DNA of 64,000 nt from Vermamoeba vermiformis (lineage: Eukaryota), in contig JBEWZL010000219.1 of NCBI GenBank assembly GCA_045837725.1, positions 1 through 64,000 on the forward strand, written 5' to 3'. The notes beneath the pieces were generated by a model that ran no database searches, had not been told where the DNA came from, and saw only the letters and a program-made list of their open reading frames with translations. Below, in pieces: positions 53,364-64,000 of the stretch; position 1 is the first letter of the stretch; each line of letters starts with the position of its first letter. Made by a program: the position numbers and the translations under genes.

Positions 53364-53476
53364 TACTAAGCAGATGTAATCAATTTGTTGTGTTGTACCG
53401 GATCCAGTAAAATTTGATCGTTTACATCGGGTGGATATTTTTGCTATAGTCACTAATTCCATTGCGCATTTTTGGT

Positions 53477-53952
53477 TTATTTTTGACTTAGTTGGTCTAA
53501 ACAATCGACAATTAAGAAAAATAGAGCAAATCCTAAGACAAGACCTCCGAATCCGAGCAATACTGCGCCTGAAATTATAAAATCCGCTAAATAATACTAT
53601 AATTAGTACAATTTAAGAAATAATAACAAAGGATCAAATTTCTACTTTTAAATTATTGTCCGTTTAGTACATCCGACAAAGACTTTAAATCCCTGTTTTT
53701 ATGAATCAAGTGTTTTTTTTAATAGCAACTTACTTTGATTAGGGGAATATTTATATAAGCTGAATGCTAATGATAACAATATGATCCCAGGGATAATGCA
53801 CGCGAGAGGCTGGGAATACGAGGTGACCACGTGTTATTCACTTCGAACGATCCCCCCGCGGAAGATTCGTAGCACGCTGCTAGCAAACCTCTGCCCCACG
53901 TAACTAAGCAGAGTTTTATCTTTGATAGTTCCCGAGCATTTCCTCGACCCAT
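53477..53952 (-). CDS. Small two-TM membrane protein, tandem paralog B
   Basis: MGRGNARE...LACIIPGIILLSLAF..YSPNQ|TDFIISGAVLLGFGGLVLGFALFFLIV..*. The first splice junction is not cleanly resolved. Confidence 0.7.
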
Positions 53953-54106
53953 CGTGGTAGTTCAGAGATGTTATGCTTTAAGGAATGTGCGACCTAGGAC
54001 CCGCTAAAAATGGATCTGCTCCTCGGCTAAATTTTTAATTCAAACTGTTTTTTTCTTTACTATAATACACTTCATAATGGCATTACTGAAACAAAAAAGG
54101 ATTGGT

Positions 54107-54496
54107 TTAGTTTTTACAAAGGATAACTAATATTACAATGGCCAAAATTAACACCAGCCCTCCAAATCCGAGCAGCACGGCGCCTGAGATTATGAAGTCC
54201 GCTAAAATTATTAAATTAATACTGTAACATTCGTTACGATGCCTATAACCTCATTTAATGTCACACCATCATAAATTTCATTTTTGATTTTTTCAGTTAA
54301 CTCCCGATCCGATAAATCAAAAATAAACCGACGAGGCAAACTTACGTTGATTAGGATAAAAATTATATTTTCCATATGCTACGGCGAGCAATATGATGCC
54401 AGTAATTATGAACGCGCTAGCAACACCAAGGAGCACTCGACTGCACAGTTGCATGCAAGGCTTCACTGGCGATGGTCTTTTGCTTCCTCGGCCCAT
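54107..54496 (-). CDS. Small two-TM membrane protein, tandem paralog A
   Basis: MGRGSKRP...VLLGVASAFIITGIILLAVAY..YPNQ|PDFIISGAVLLGFGGLVLILAIVILVILCKN*; one intron. Confidence 0.75.
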
Positions 54497-54873
54497 TGTG
54501 TTCGAATACTGTATTGAATGTTAATATTCCAATTTATCAAAATCGATTTTCGAAGTTACAAAATTAGGTGTCAAAATAATCAAGAATCTTTATCATTGGT
54601 CAAAGAGACTTTTGTGATGCTATTCAACAGAAGATGGTAAAGATGACTTGGACGATTTGACTTCGAAGAGTTTGACGACGATAGACGATGAGACGTTTAA
54701 AATTTATTTTTAAGTTCGTATAAAAAATTCTAGAATTAAATTACCAAATTTAGCAGGTGCATTAGATAGAGCGCATTTAGCATCGTGTCATTGCCTCTTC
54801 TAATGTTCATAATATACTGCTAAAACACTGCTTTGGTAATAGAGTTGACACAAACCCAGATGTGGGTCATAAC

Positions 54874-56391
54874 CTACGCCAACTTGTGCGCGTTAGTGCT
54901 CAGTAATTCATGGAATAGTCTTGCATCAGGCAATATCTGCTTGATCTTATCCAGCGCTTCTAACGAGACATTTTTGCACGCCCATAGATCTAAGTGTCGA
55001 ATGTTCGGACACTTATTCACTATTTCTAGGACCGCCGCGCCCGTGCACTCCTCGACTCTACGAGGTATATATTAGTCATCATGAAAATAATACTGAACTG
55101 TGGGGCAGTTAAACAGGTGGCGAGATCTGGTTCCGAATTTTGACAAGCGAAATAAAAACAACTTGTTATAATCTGTACTTACTCCCTTAAGCTTAAATAT
55201 TGCAAATTAGGACAAAATTTTGCAATATGAGCGAGCCCCTTGTCTGTTATGTACTTGCATTCAGATAAATCCAATTTGCGCAGGGTCGGGATCCGCTTCA
55301 CTATGAACAACAAGTTGGTATCTGTAGCCCTATAAAATAGCATTAATACACTATGACCGGGACCTACTATATAAGGTAATTACCCCGTGAAGCATCGTGC
55401 CAATGACAGGGCAGTCAAGTGCGTGCAAGTGTTCGCCACAAATTTGAATGTGCTGTCTTCGAGCAACAAACCACTCAAATCGAGAGTGAGGGCGTGAGGA
55501 CTAATCAACATTTTGAGTGTTTTGTTCGATATTTTCTTCGCGCCCGTTATCTCCTAGTGGTTACACAGCAGATCAGTAACCTGGATCTCGATACAGAATA
55601 GGTATTCCCTATTCGATTATTATGCATACCTTTAATTTTTGTAGTATACTATTGATTAAATATCCGTCTTCTAATTCGACGACTTCTGGAAATTCTTTTA
55701 TGTTGGAGGCGACGTAACTCAAGGTGAGGTTCAACAAGGAAGGGACATTTGGATTGTCCTTATCCGTGGCATCTGTTCGATCACGTGCATTCGATATATC
55801 AATACCTGAGTCCTATATTAAGCCAAAGAACTAGATCAGCCCACAAAAACTTGATCCGATCGCAAACGAGAAAATACTTACGGTCACGAAAGAATGACCA
55901 TACGTCGCGCGTACAAATGTTTGTCCATTTGAAGATTTTACTTCTAATTGAAAGGATCAGTAAATCAATTCATTAGCTAAAATAAGTTGATGGATCTGGC
56001 TTACCAAATCTCGGCTCATTTTTGACCGAAGAAACACTCCAATCAATACACTCTAATAAATCTTGCTCATTGTGACCGCGAAGATGCGCTAATAAGTCAG
56101 CTGTAAATATTTGAAATTGAAGTCAGTCTTGGTTCCATTGAGAAATCGGTAAGAAAATTCGCCATAATTCAAAATGACATCCTATATTGTATTATACGTA
56201 CCTATATGCAAGTATCCGCCCTTATACATTTTTTTGCCAATATCTGGATATTTTACAGGCGCGTGTCGTAAAATAAACGCGAGTCGCTTAGACATGACTT
56301 TCTTCCATTCATCTCTATTAGTATATCCACGCTCCATGGTATTATATTTGATATTAATATTGAAAAATGTGTGTTTCCCTTGCTTGGGCAA
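54874..56391 (-). CDS. Tpt1/KptA N-terminal (RNA-binding) domain + BC-box + AMN1/FBXL-type LRR fusion protein, 7 exons
   Basis: MSKRLAFILRHA..GGYLHIADLL..KNEPRFE..FVRATYGHS, then VPSLLNLTLSYVASNI, then LRRs (LRKLDLSECKYITDKGLAHIAKFCPNLQYLSL). All junctions are GT-AG and in frame. Start at 56391 or 56337. Confidence 0.82.
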
Positions 56392-56454
56392 TTAAAATTA
56401 AACTTGAAATGTCCTTTCAAAAATTTTATCGTGTTACTTTATCAATTTTATTAT

Positions 56455-58169
56455 TTAAAATACAGCTGATTTAAAGTACTTATACAATAGTGGCATATTA
56501 TCAAGTTTATATTGCGCTTCACTAGATAATTTGCATTTAAATTCGAGTTCTTGAAGCTGCGTCAATTTCGAGATAAATGCGCCAGTTCAACGGCTTGGAA
56601 TTTCTTATTTTTAATCTCGTTAGATTAGTCAAGCTAGTTAATAAGCACAACCGCTCTGACTCTTCATCATGAATGGTCAAGTGGACCAGATCTGTCATTT
56701 GTTGCAAAGTCGTCCAAAACAAATCACTCGTATTCACCGCATGGTTCGTTAATGCTGTCAAATGCAATGTGCCAAGATGAGTAATGGCGATATTGCCATA
56801 TCGACCTGAGTCTATTCGACCACCGAATCGTTGCAGCGATGTCAAGTGTGTCAGATCCGCTACGCCAGCACCTTCATTTCCTCGAATATACTCCAAATCA
56901 CCTTTAAACTTGGCCATGAGCATGCCACGTGTCTTGAACACTTTTAATTGCGTCATTTTGCATGCAGTATACTCCAAAGCGTTGATGCCTTTGGTCTTGC
57001 TCGAAATGTAAGTTAAATGTGGCAGTGACAATAGAGGCTCCCAATTATTTGTAACTTCATTAATGCCAATACTGAGCTTTCTAAGATTGATGAATCTGTC
57101 CAGCACATTCGGACCCTCTCCGGGAAAAAATGTCAATTCTTCCAAGGCCTCTGCGTTCATGCTGCTCAATGCGCCGGGTGATATCGACCATTTTAGTCCT
57201 TCAAACACTCGTAAATTCTGCAAATGTGCAAAAAATCCATCATCACCACGTGTCATATCACGTGACTTGAGCACTAGTAGTTTGGTCATGAACATGAGTC
57301 CATCGTATCGTTCGACATTAGGTGGCACGTCTATTCGCAAATAGGTCAAATTGGTCAGCGCTAACACCGAGTCCAACAGCATATAATGTCCTTCAATCGA
57401 CAGCCAGTCAAGATTAGTCAACGTGCCTATTTTGACGTGTGTTGGCAGGTACGCTACTCTTAGTGCCTTCAATTTGGTCATTGGTGTGACGTCAACGAGT
57501 GGATGGTCCAAGTACTCGAGTGAAAGGTGCGTCAGTTGTGAGGCCAGGCCATAAACGATGCTACTCTTCTCGTGCACGGTGTTTTTGCCCTCCAAGCTTA
57601 AACTTTCCAAATTTGTACATTTCTCAAGCAATTCTCTATCGTCTACAAAAGTACTACTGCCCAATCGAACACGTTTCAGTCGTGGATTCGCTGCTGCAAC
57701 TGCCGCGACAACAGGTGACTTGATCTCGCGCAGATTAGTCAAAGTTGTAAATCTATGCATAGTATCTCGATCAATAAATAGCTCGCCAAAATCCAAAGAG
57801 GTAAGTTGAGTTAAATTCGATATCAGGCCTAAGTGCTCCGAATCCAAGCGGATGCTCTTTCGTAATGCTAGACCAAACGGCCATTGTTTTTGTTGCAATA
57901 TTGATACAGCTTCTTTTAATCTGGCATTATTGGCCAATTGAATGGTGTATGAATAGCATTTCAAAGATTTGAACCAATGCCTGTTGAGTACGCGTGTCTG
58001 TTTTTTGAACTTTCCATCTGCGTACGCTTCAATAATTAATATTAATTCCGTAGGCAATGAATCCTATAAAAAATAAGTATTATAATAATATTAGTATTTA
58101 TGACAATAAATTGCAAATTATTTATGATTAATTTTTCATGCCATCTGAGCCTTGCGTGCAACTTACCAT
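56455..58169 (-). CDS. F-box/LRR protein
   Basis: ATG|intron|DSLPTELILIIEAY..RVLNRHW. LTNLTxLxL repeats. Probable +1 indel near 56588, after which the LRR continues ISKLTQLQELEF to a stop at 56455. Confidence 0.8.
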
Positions 58170-58325
58170 TGCAATTATTCTTTAGTGCTGCATATAAACT
58201 GCCAATTCAAATTTATAGCCACCTGTGGTGCATCTACTGGTCTTTAATGGCAAATGGATCCTTTGAAATCAATTAATTTTAGGTTCTATTTATAGTACTA
58301 TTATACAGGAGAAATCGATAAGATA

Positions 58326-60469
58326 TTATTTCTTTGCTCGACCTCGTGCAGCAGGCTTCTTGCCCTTGGCAGGAGATGCCTTCGCAGGCGACTTCTGTGG
58401 GCTCTTGGCTGGTGAAGCCGATCCAGCTTTTCGACGAGGAACCTTCTTCTCAGTGCTCTTAGGAATGCCCTTAGCTGGATTTCTCTTAGGCACAGCTTTT
58501 TTAGGCGTAGCTTCTTTCGCTGGTGAAGCGGATCCCTTTTTAGGGGTGGCTTTCTTGGGCGTGGCTGGCCTTCTTCGGTGAAGCGGCAGTCTTCTTAAAG
58601 GCGTTCTTTTTAGCGGCTGTAGTCTTGGCAGGAGACGCTTTCTTCGCAGGAGATTCCTTCTTAGCTGGCGAAGCAGATCTCGATCGAGACTTCTCAGGGC
58701 TTTCGGCTGCAGCTTTTTGAGCCTTGGCAGCTTTGCCGGTCTTCTTAGCGGCAGGTGCCTTCTTGGGCGTAGCTTCCTTGGCGGGCGAAGCAGCGGCAGC
58801 TTTCTTGCCAGCATTCTTCTTCGGAGTTTCAGCCTTTTTAGGCGATTCTTTCTTCGCAGGAGAAGCAGATCGGGATCTGGATTTCTCGGGACTAGCGGCA
58901 ACTTGCTTAGCAGGCTTTGCCTTAGCGGTAGTAGCACTAGTTCGTTGCTTCTTAGCAGGCACGACCTCTTCAACTTCGTCGTCATTTTCTTCGCGCTTAC
59001 GCTTCTTTGGGCTCTCTTGTGCGGCAGTAGTGTTGCCCTTCTTTTGAAGCATTGGTGTTGGGTCTCTTAGGCTTCGAGTTCTCTTCTTTAGTATAGCTAG
59101 GCTCATCGTTGTGGTCCTTGTCATTAGTGAAGCCAAACACGGACTTCATCTTGCGCTCGTTGTCTTTGTCGAACTTGTCCACAGTCTTAGCGCCCAATTG
59201 GCGCACGGCAGTCTCGCGCGACACGTCAGTAGGGGCATCAAAGCCCTCGTACTTGACGACATACACAGTTTCACCCCTGCAAAAGTGATGTTAGACACGT
59301 GTCGGCAGTCTTAATTGAAGCTCAATACTTACTTGACAAGCTTCGAGCGCACAATCTTTTCGATCTTGCTGTTCTTCTTGGGACTTTGAGTCGCTTTCTT
59401 GGCAGCTTTTTTAGCCTCTTCTACGAGCTCGGTGACGTATTCTTCAGGCACGACAGGAACGCCCATCTCTTTGGCCTTTTGCAAGACCTTGTTGTTGTTC
59501 TGATCATTTGAAGATATCACGTGGGTGATTGGACGTTCAGTCTTGGAGTTCAAGCTCGGAAGCACGTGGCCACCGTTCTCCTCGATCCAGTCGACAAACT
59601 TCTCGCGCTCCATTGAGAACTTGCCGTTAATAACAACGACCATATTCTTAAGTGCTTCAGATTGAAGAACTCGTTTGGGCTTTTGAGAGCTTTCGGATTC
59701 AGGTTCTTTAGCTTTTTTAGCTCTGTACAGATCAAAATTAGCTAAACTAAACGCAAAATACTACTATAACTATGCATACTTTGTGGCCTTCTTTTTGTCC
59801 TCCTTCTCCTCGTGTTCTTCATCGGCTTCAGTTTCTTCAGTCTGGCGACGACCGCGGCCTTTCTTTGCAGGCTTAGCTTCCTCTTCTTGAGCCTCTTCTG
59901 CTTCATCCTTAGCTTCGTCGGCCTTGTTCTTACGACCACCGCGCTTCTTCGCTGCAGGAGCTTTTTCTTCTTGCTTCTCTTCTTCGGCCTGCTCTTCGGG
60001 AACTTCTTCCTCGTTCGTGTTATCGTCGTTCTTTTCCTTGTTCTCGGAAGGATCGTAAGCATAGTTAGCTTCGGCTTGCTTCTTTTTCTTTTTCAAGCTT
60101 TCAGCTGTTCGACAGAAAAGACAATTGTTAGACGTCAACTTTGCGATCGACGAATACTATTTTGATTTCGCGATTAAAACACGATTTTAGCGTACCAATG
60201 AACTTCTCGTTAACCACGTGCACGTCGCTATTTTTTGATAATTTTTCGTAGGCTGCAGTATCTTCAGCGCCGGTACCGCACACCAGATGCGTTATCTAAT
60301 TTATTTCAGGCATTAATTCTACTCATCCATATGTAATTTATCGTGCACTTACATTTTTTCGCACAGCTTTTGCCACTGTGCCTTCTGCATCCTTGATTTT
60401 CTTTTCGAGCTCATCTCGTGAAGTCGATGTCTCTCCGACAATATGGAACACTAAACCAGCGAATGCCAT
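58326..60469 (-). CDS. Protein with two BRCT domains, a chromo-like domain and a histone H1-like Lys/Ala/Pro/Ser-rich tail
   Basis: FAGLVFHIVG..RDELEKKIKDAEGTV..VTHLVC..VVNEKFI; VVVINGKF..WIEENGG..ITHVI..VPVVPEEYV; IEKIVRSKLVKGETVYVVKYEGF; repeated SPAK/TPKK. Several apparent indels. Confidence 0.8.
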
Positions 60470-60746
60470 TGTGTTAGATGATCGTTGATAGTAAAATAAC
60501 TAATGTTTTTGTTTCGCGATTTGAACTTAAAAAAAAACGGCCAAAAAATCGAAGGCGGGAATTTCATCGGCAGCATACCCCAACAATAGACGAAGAAAAG
60601 TAAACAACTTTTTAGGATACTAGAACGAGCATTGTTAACGCAACAACACGGTATGTCTTGTAATGCACCGCTTAAATTTCGGATTGTTGATCGTCGATCC
60701 GCATCACGCAACTGATCTAATATAATTACAGCCATAGCAGTAAAAA

Positions 60747-63745
60747 ATGCCGAAAGGAAAAGGAAAAGGAAAGAAGGGCAAGAAGCGAGGAATGAAACTC
60801 GAAGATCTGCTCGATCTTGCGCAAGAGAAAGTGCAAGAAAAATTGGATAACAGAGAAAAATTCACCGATGTCTCCTACTTGAATTATCGTAAGTTTATTA
60901 TCATAAGATACAAATTATTTCATTTTTGGCATTTTTTGGATGCGATCCGATCTGAGATTCGTGGTTAACGTTTGTATAGAGGAGGCTCCTGAAGCTGTAG
61001 AAAAGAGAGAAGAAGATGCATTGGAAAAGGCAGCAATGGTTGAAGAAGAGGAGCAGCAGACCGCATACCAAAAGTTATTACAGACACTCGGAGCAGATCC
61101 AAACAAAAAGGTACCTAATATCATTCTTTTAGGCACATAAATTTACAAAAAAAATAGAGAAAACGCGATGAGGACTCAGACAGCACTTCAAAGAAGAGTA
61201 AGTGACACTTGATCCTAGCTAGGATCAACGCACGTAGACTAATTGTAACTTATAGAGCGAAAGAAGCGAAAAAAAGTTAAGCAACAACAGCAACAAGACG
61301 ATGAAGATGGCGACGGTGAAGAGCCTAGTAGTGTAGCTGACAATGGTACGTGGTATACTTGACATGTAGTGCGTGTCAAAGTGTTAACTTGCTGTCTTGT
61401 GTGCAGAGGAATCTGAAACAGGCGATGCAGTGATGAAGGCTTGGAACGAGAAGAGAGACAAGTTGATGAAGAAGGAGCAGGCACATCGCGATGCCAAGGA
61501 CAGAGAAATGGAAGGGTACGTGACACGTGACAACGATTGTTTTATGCAATCACGTCTCTTTCGCTGAGAAGCTATTGGTCTAATAATTCTTGTTTATGCA
61601 TATAGTGATGAAGACAGTGCCGAAGATTATGAGGAGAACTCGTAAGTAACATGCAGTCTACGTATGCCGAGATCAGATTTTGATTGTTTTGTTTGTTGTC
61701 AGTGAGGACCAGCTGGCCATTGATGAAGTTGAAGAGTTTGCAGCCAACGATAACTTCTTGCTGCGATTTGAAAAGAACATGACCAAGGCTGAGATCGAAG
61801 CTGGAGTGGGCAAAAAAGGTACGACAAGAATGGATAATATATTTGACGGCAGCGTGCTTATTCCCATATTTAGAGTTCAAAGAGCTTACGGGCTTGAAGT
61901 CAGCAGAGAGTTTTGGCAAAATTTTGAGCAACGGACTCGCGGTCTTGCCAAAGTTAAAGCACTCCCTTGAAGAGTACAAGGTACGTGCCACTTATAGAGC
62001 AGTATTAAGACGACGAGTACTAATATTGTGTATGATAGATTAAGCCCAGATTGATCACTCAATGGAAGAATTTCTTCAACAAGTGGTACGAGAACGCTGA
62101 TGAGCCGATTGATGAAATTGACGGTGTACCATCATATTCTGACGTCAAAATGACTCCTATGCAACAGAGGTACGTAGCTACGACGTTTATGAGTGCAATC
62201 TTCTAACAGAGCATTGTTAGATTGTTTTCGTTGATGAACGAGTACGTCGATATTTGCTACAGTGGCCGAACAGTGCAAAACGCCAAACAAATTCGCGGTG
62301 CTTATGTCTTGCACACAGTCAACCATTTGTTCAAGACGCGCGATAGAATCTTGAAAAATAACGGAAGATTGCACAGCAACAAAGACTTGGAGTTCAGAGA
62401 CCAAGGCTTCACTCGTCCTAAAGTTTTGATCCTTCTGCCAATCAGAAGCGCAGCCTTAGATGTTGTTGAAGATATTTTAAGCTTAATGCCGAAAAATCAG
62501 CGCGACAGAGTGCAAAACAAGAAGAAATTCTACGAAGAGTTTTTGGATGCGACGTACACACCTGTGAGACCTAAATTGGGCGAGTGGTTGCAGATCTTCC
62601 GAGGCAACACTGACGACAGCTTCAGAATCGGTCTTGCCGTGACAAAGAAGTCCATCAATCTCTATAGCGTAAGTATAATAGCCTGTACGAGTACCTCAAA
62701 TCTAACACGTGTCCAGGAATTTTATGGATCCGACATCATTGTTGCGTCACCTTTAGGCCTCCGTCTTGCCATTGAACAGCATGACGATGATCACGACTAC
62801 TTGTCTTCCATCGAGCTTACAATTGTTGATCATGCTGACATGCTTCTCATGCAAAACTGGGACCACCTCAAGTTCATCTTTGACAGACTCAACAAGACTC
62901 CCAAGAAGCCCGATCACACCGACTTTTCACGCGTTAAACAATGGTACCTAGATGAGCACGCACAGTATTACCGCCAGACATTGGTCTTCAGCGGCGCGTT
63001 AAATATTGACATCAACTCGCTGTTCAACCGCAGCTGCCACAACACGCTGGGCAAGCTCAAGATCAAGCCCAATTACAGCGTTGGTGCCGTGAGTCAAGTT
63101 ATCCCTAAGATCAGACAAATCTTCCATCGCATTGAATGCACGTCTGCCAAACAACTCGATGACGCACGATTCAATTACTTTGTAACGGAAGTTTATCCGC
63201 ACATCAAGACTACACTGCAGCACGGTGTGTTGATCTACATCCCTTCGTACTTCGACTACGTGCGCATCAGAAACTTCTTCAGACAAAAGCAGAAGACTGA
63301 AGAGATTCTGTTCACTCAAACTTGCGAGTAAGTAGCGAATGCGGATTTGGATCCGATCTTCTTACTAATAACTTCGTAGGTACACTTCTGAGGCTAACAT
63401 TTCTCGAGCTCGTTCAAACTTCTACCACGGCAAGCGAGATATCCTGCTTTTCACTGAACGCTTCCATTACTATAACAGGCAAGTAAAACCAAAAGAATGA
63501 AAATCCGGATCTAGGCCTAATTCTTTTTCTTTAGATTTTTCATTCGTGGAATTAAGCACATTATCTTCTATTCGTTACCTGTATTCCCGCACTTCTATCC
63601 AGAAATGGTCAACATGGTTCCAGATGACGGCACCGTTCTCTCAGTGTTCAGCCACTTTGATGCCCTCCAATTAGAACCTGTTGTTGGCACTAAGCGCTGC
63701 GAGCGATTATTATCGTCAGAAAAAGCAACACATTTGTTCTGTTAA
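60747..63745 (+). CDS. UTP25: U3 snoRNA-associated protein 25 (DIEXF/Def)
   Basis: RDQGFTRPKVLILLP, FRGNTDDSFRIG, FYGSDIIVASPLGLR, DYLSSIE, MQNWDH, IPSYFDYVRIRN, TERFHYYNRFFIRG. Confidence 0.96.
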
Positions 63746-63863
63746 TACAAAATAAATTTTGAATTAGATCCCGTAGAATTTTTGGCGGCCAAGTTTTTTT
63801 TCGCAAGTCAAGCTAAAACCGCGTTCCAAAATATTGCGCATTATTATTTTGTACACTGAAAAT

Positions 63864-64000
63864 ATGTCAAAGAGAACCGCAGATGAGATCGGACTTGGAG
63901 ATGAAGAAAGATCCATCAAGAAACAAAAATTAGACGATAATATTAGTCATTTCGATAACCTTCCCATAGAAGCATTATTAACAATATTTTTATGGGTACC
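63864..64000 (+). CDS. F-box protein, 5' fragment
   Basis: MSKRTADEIGLGDEERSIKKQKLDDNISHFDNLPIEALLTIFLW; runs off the window. Confidence 0.7.
   Translation, partial: MSKRTADEIGLGDEERSIKKQKLDDNISHFDNLPIEALLTIFLWV

Noticed and set aside
1-64000. tRNA, rRNA, snRNA genes, transposases, prokaryotic operons
   Set aside because: None were recognised by eye. A covariance-model search would be needed to exclude small RNAs.

Overview
This is eukaryotic nuclear DNA, gene-dense and AT-rich, with many short spliceosomal introns (mostly about 45-120 bp). It comes from a protist, plausibly an amoebozoan (inference). About 29 protein-coding genes can be reconstructed by manual splicing. Recognisable housekeeping genes are WDR91, NUP155, UTP18, UTP25, an ankyrin-DHHC palmitoyltransferase, a PARL-like rhomboid, an SDR and PLAC8. 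These are interspersed with many lineage-specific cullin-adaptor genes (F-box, BC-box). Best candidates for novelty: (1) the RNA-binding lobe of Tpt1/KptA fused to a BC-box and LRRs; (2) a non-canonical SMC ATPase; (3) two LRR paralogs with a C-terminal F-box-like motif; (4) a BRCT-BRCT-chromo-like protein with a histone H1-like tail; (5) U12-type and several GC-AG introns; (6) GATC clusters in non-coding DNA. The assembly has single-base indels, even in NUP155, and several low-quality stretches, so frameshifts are not read as pseudogenisation. All family assignments come from motif recognition by eye, not database searches.
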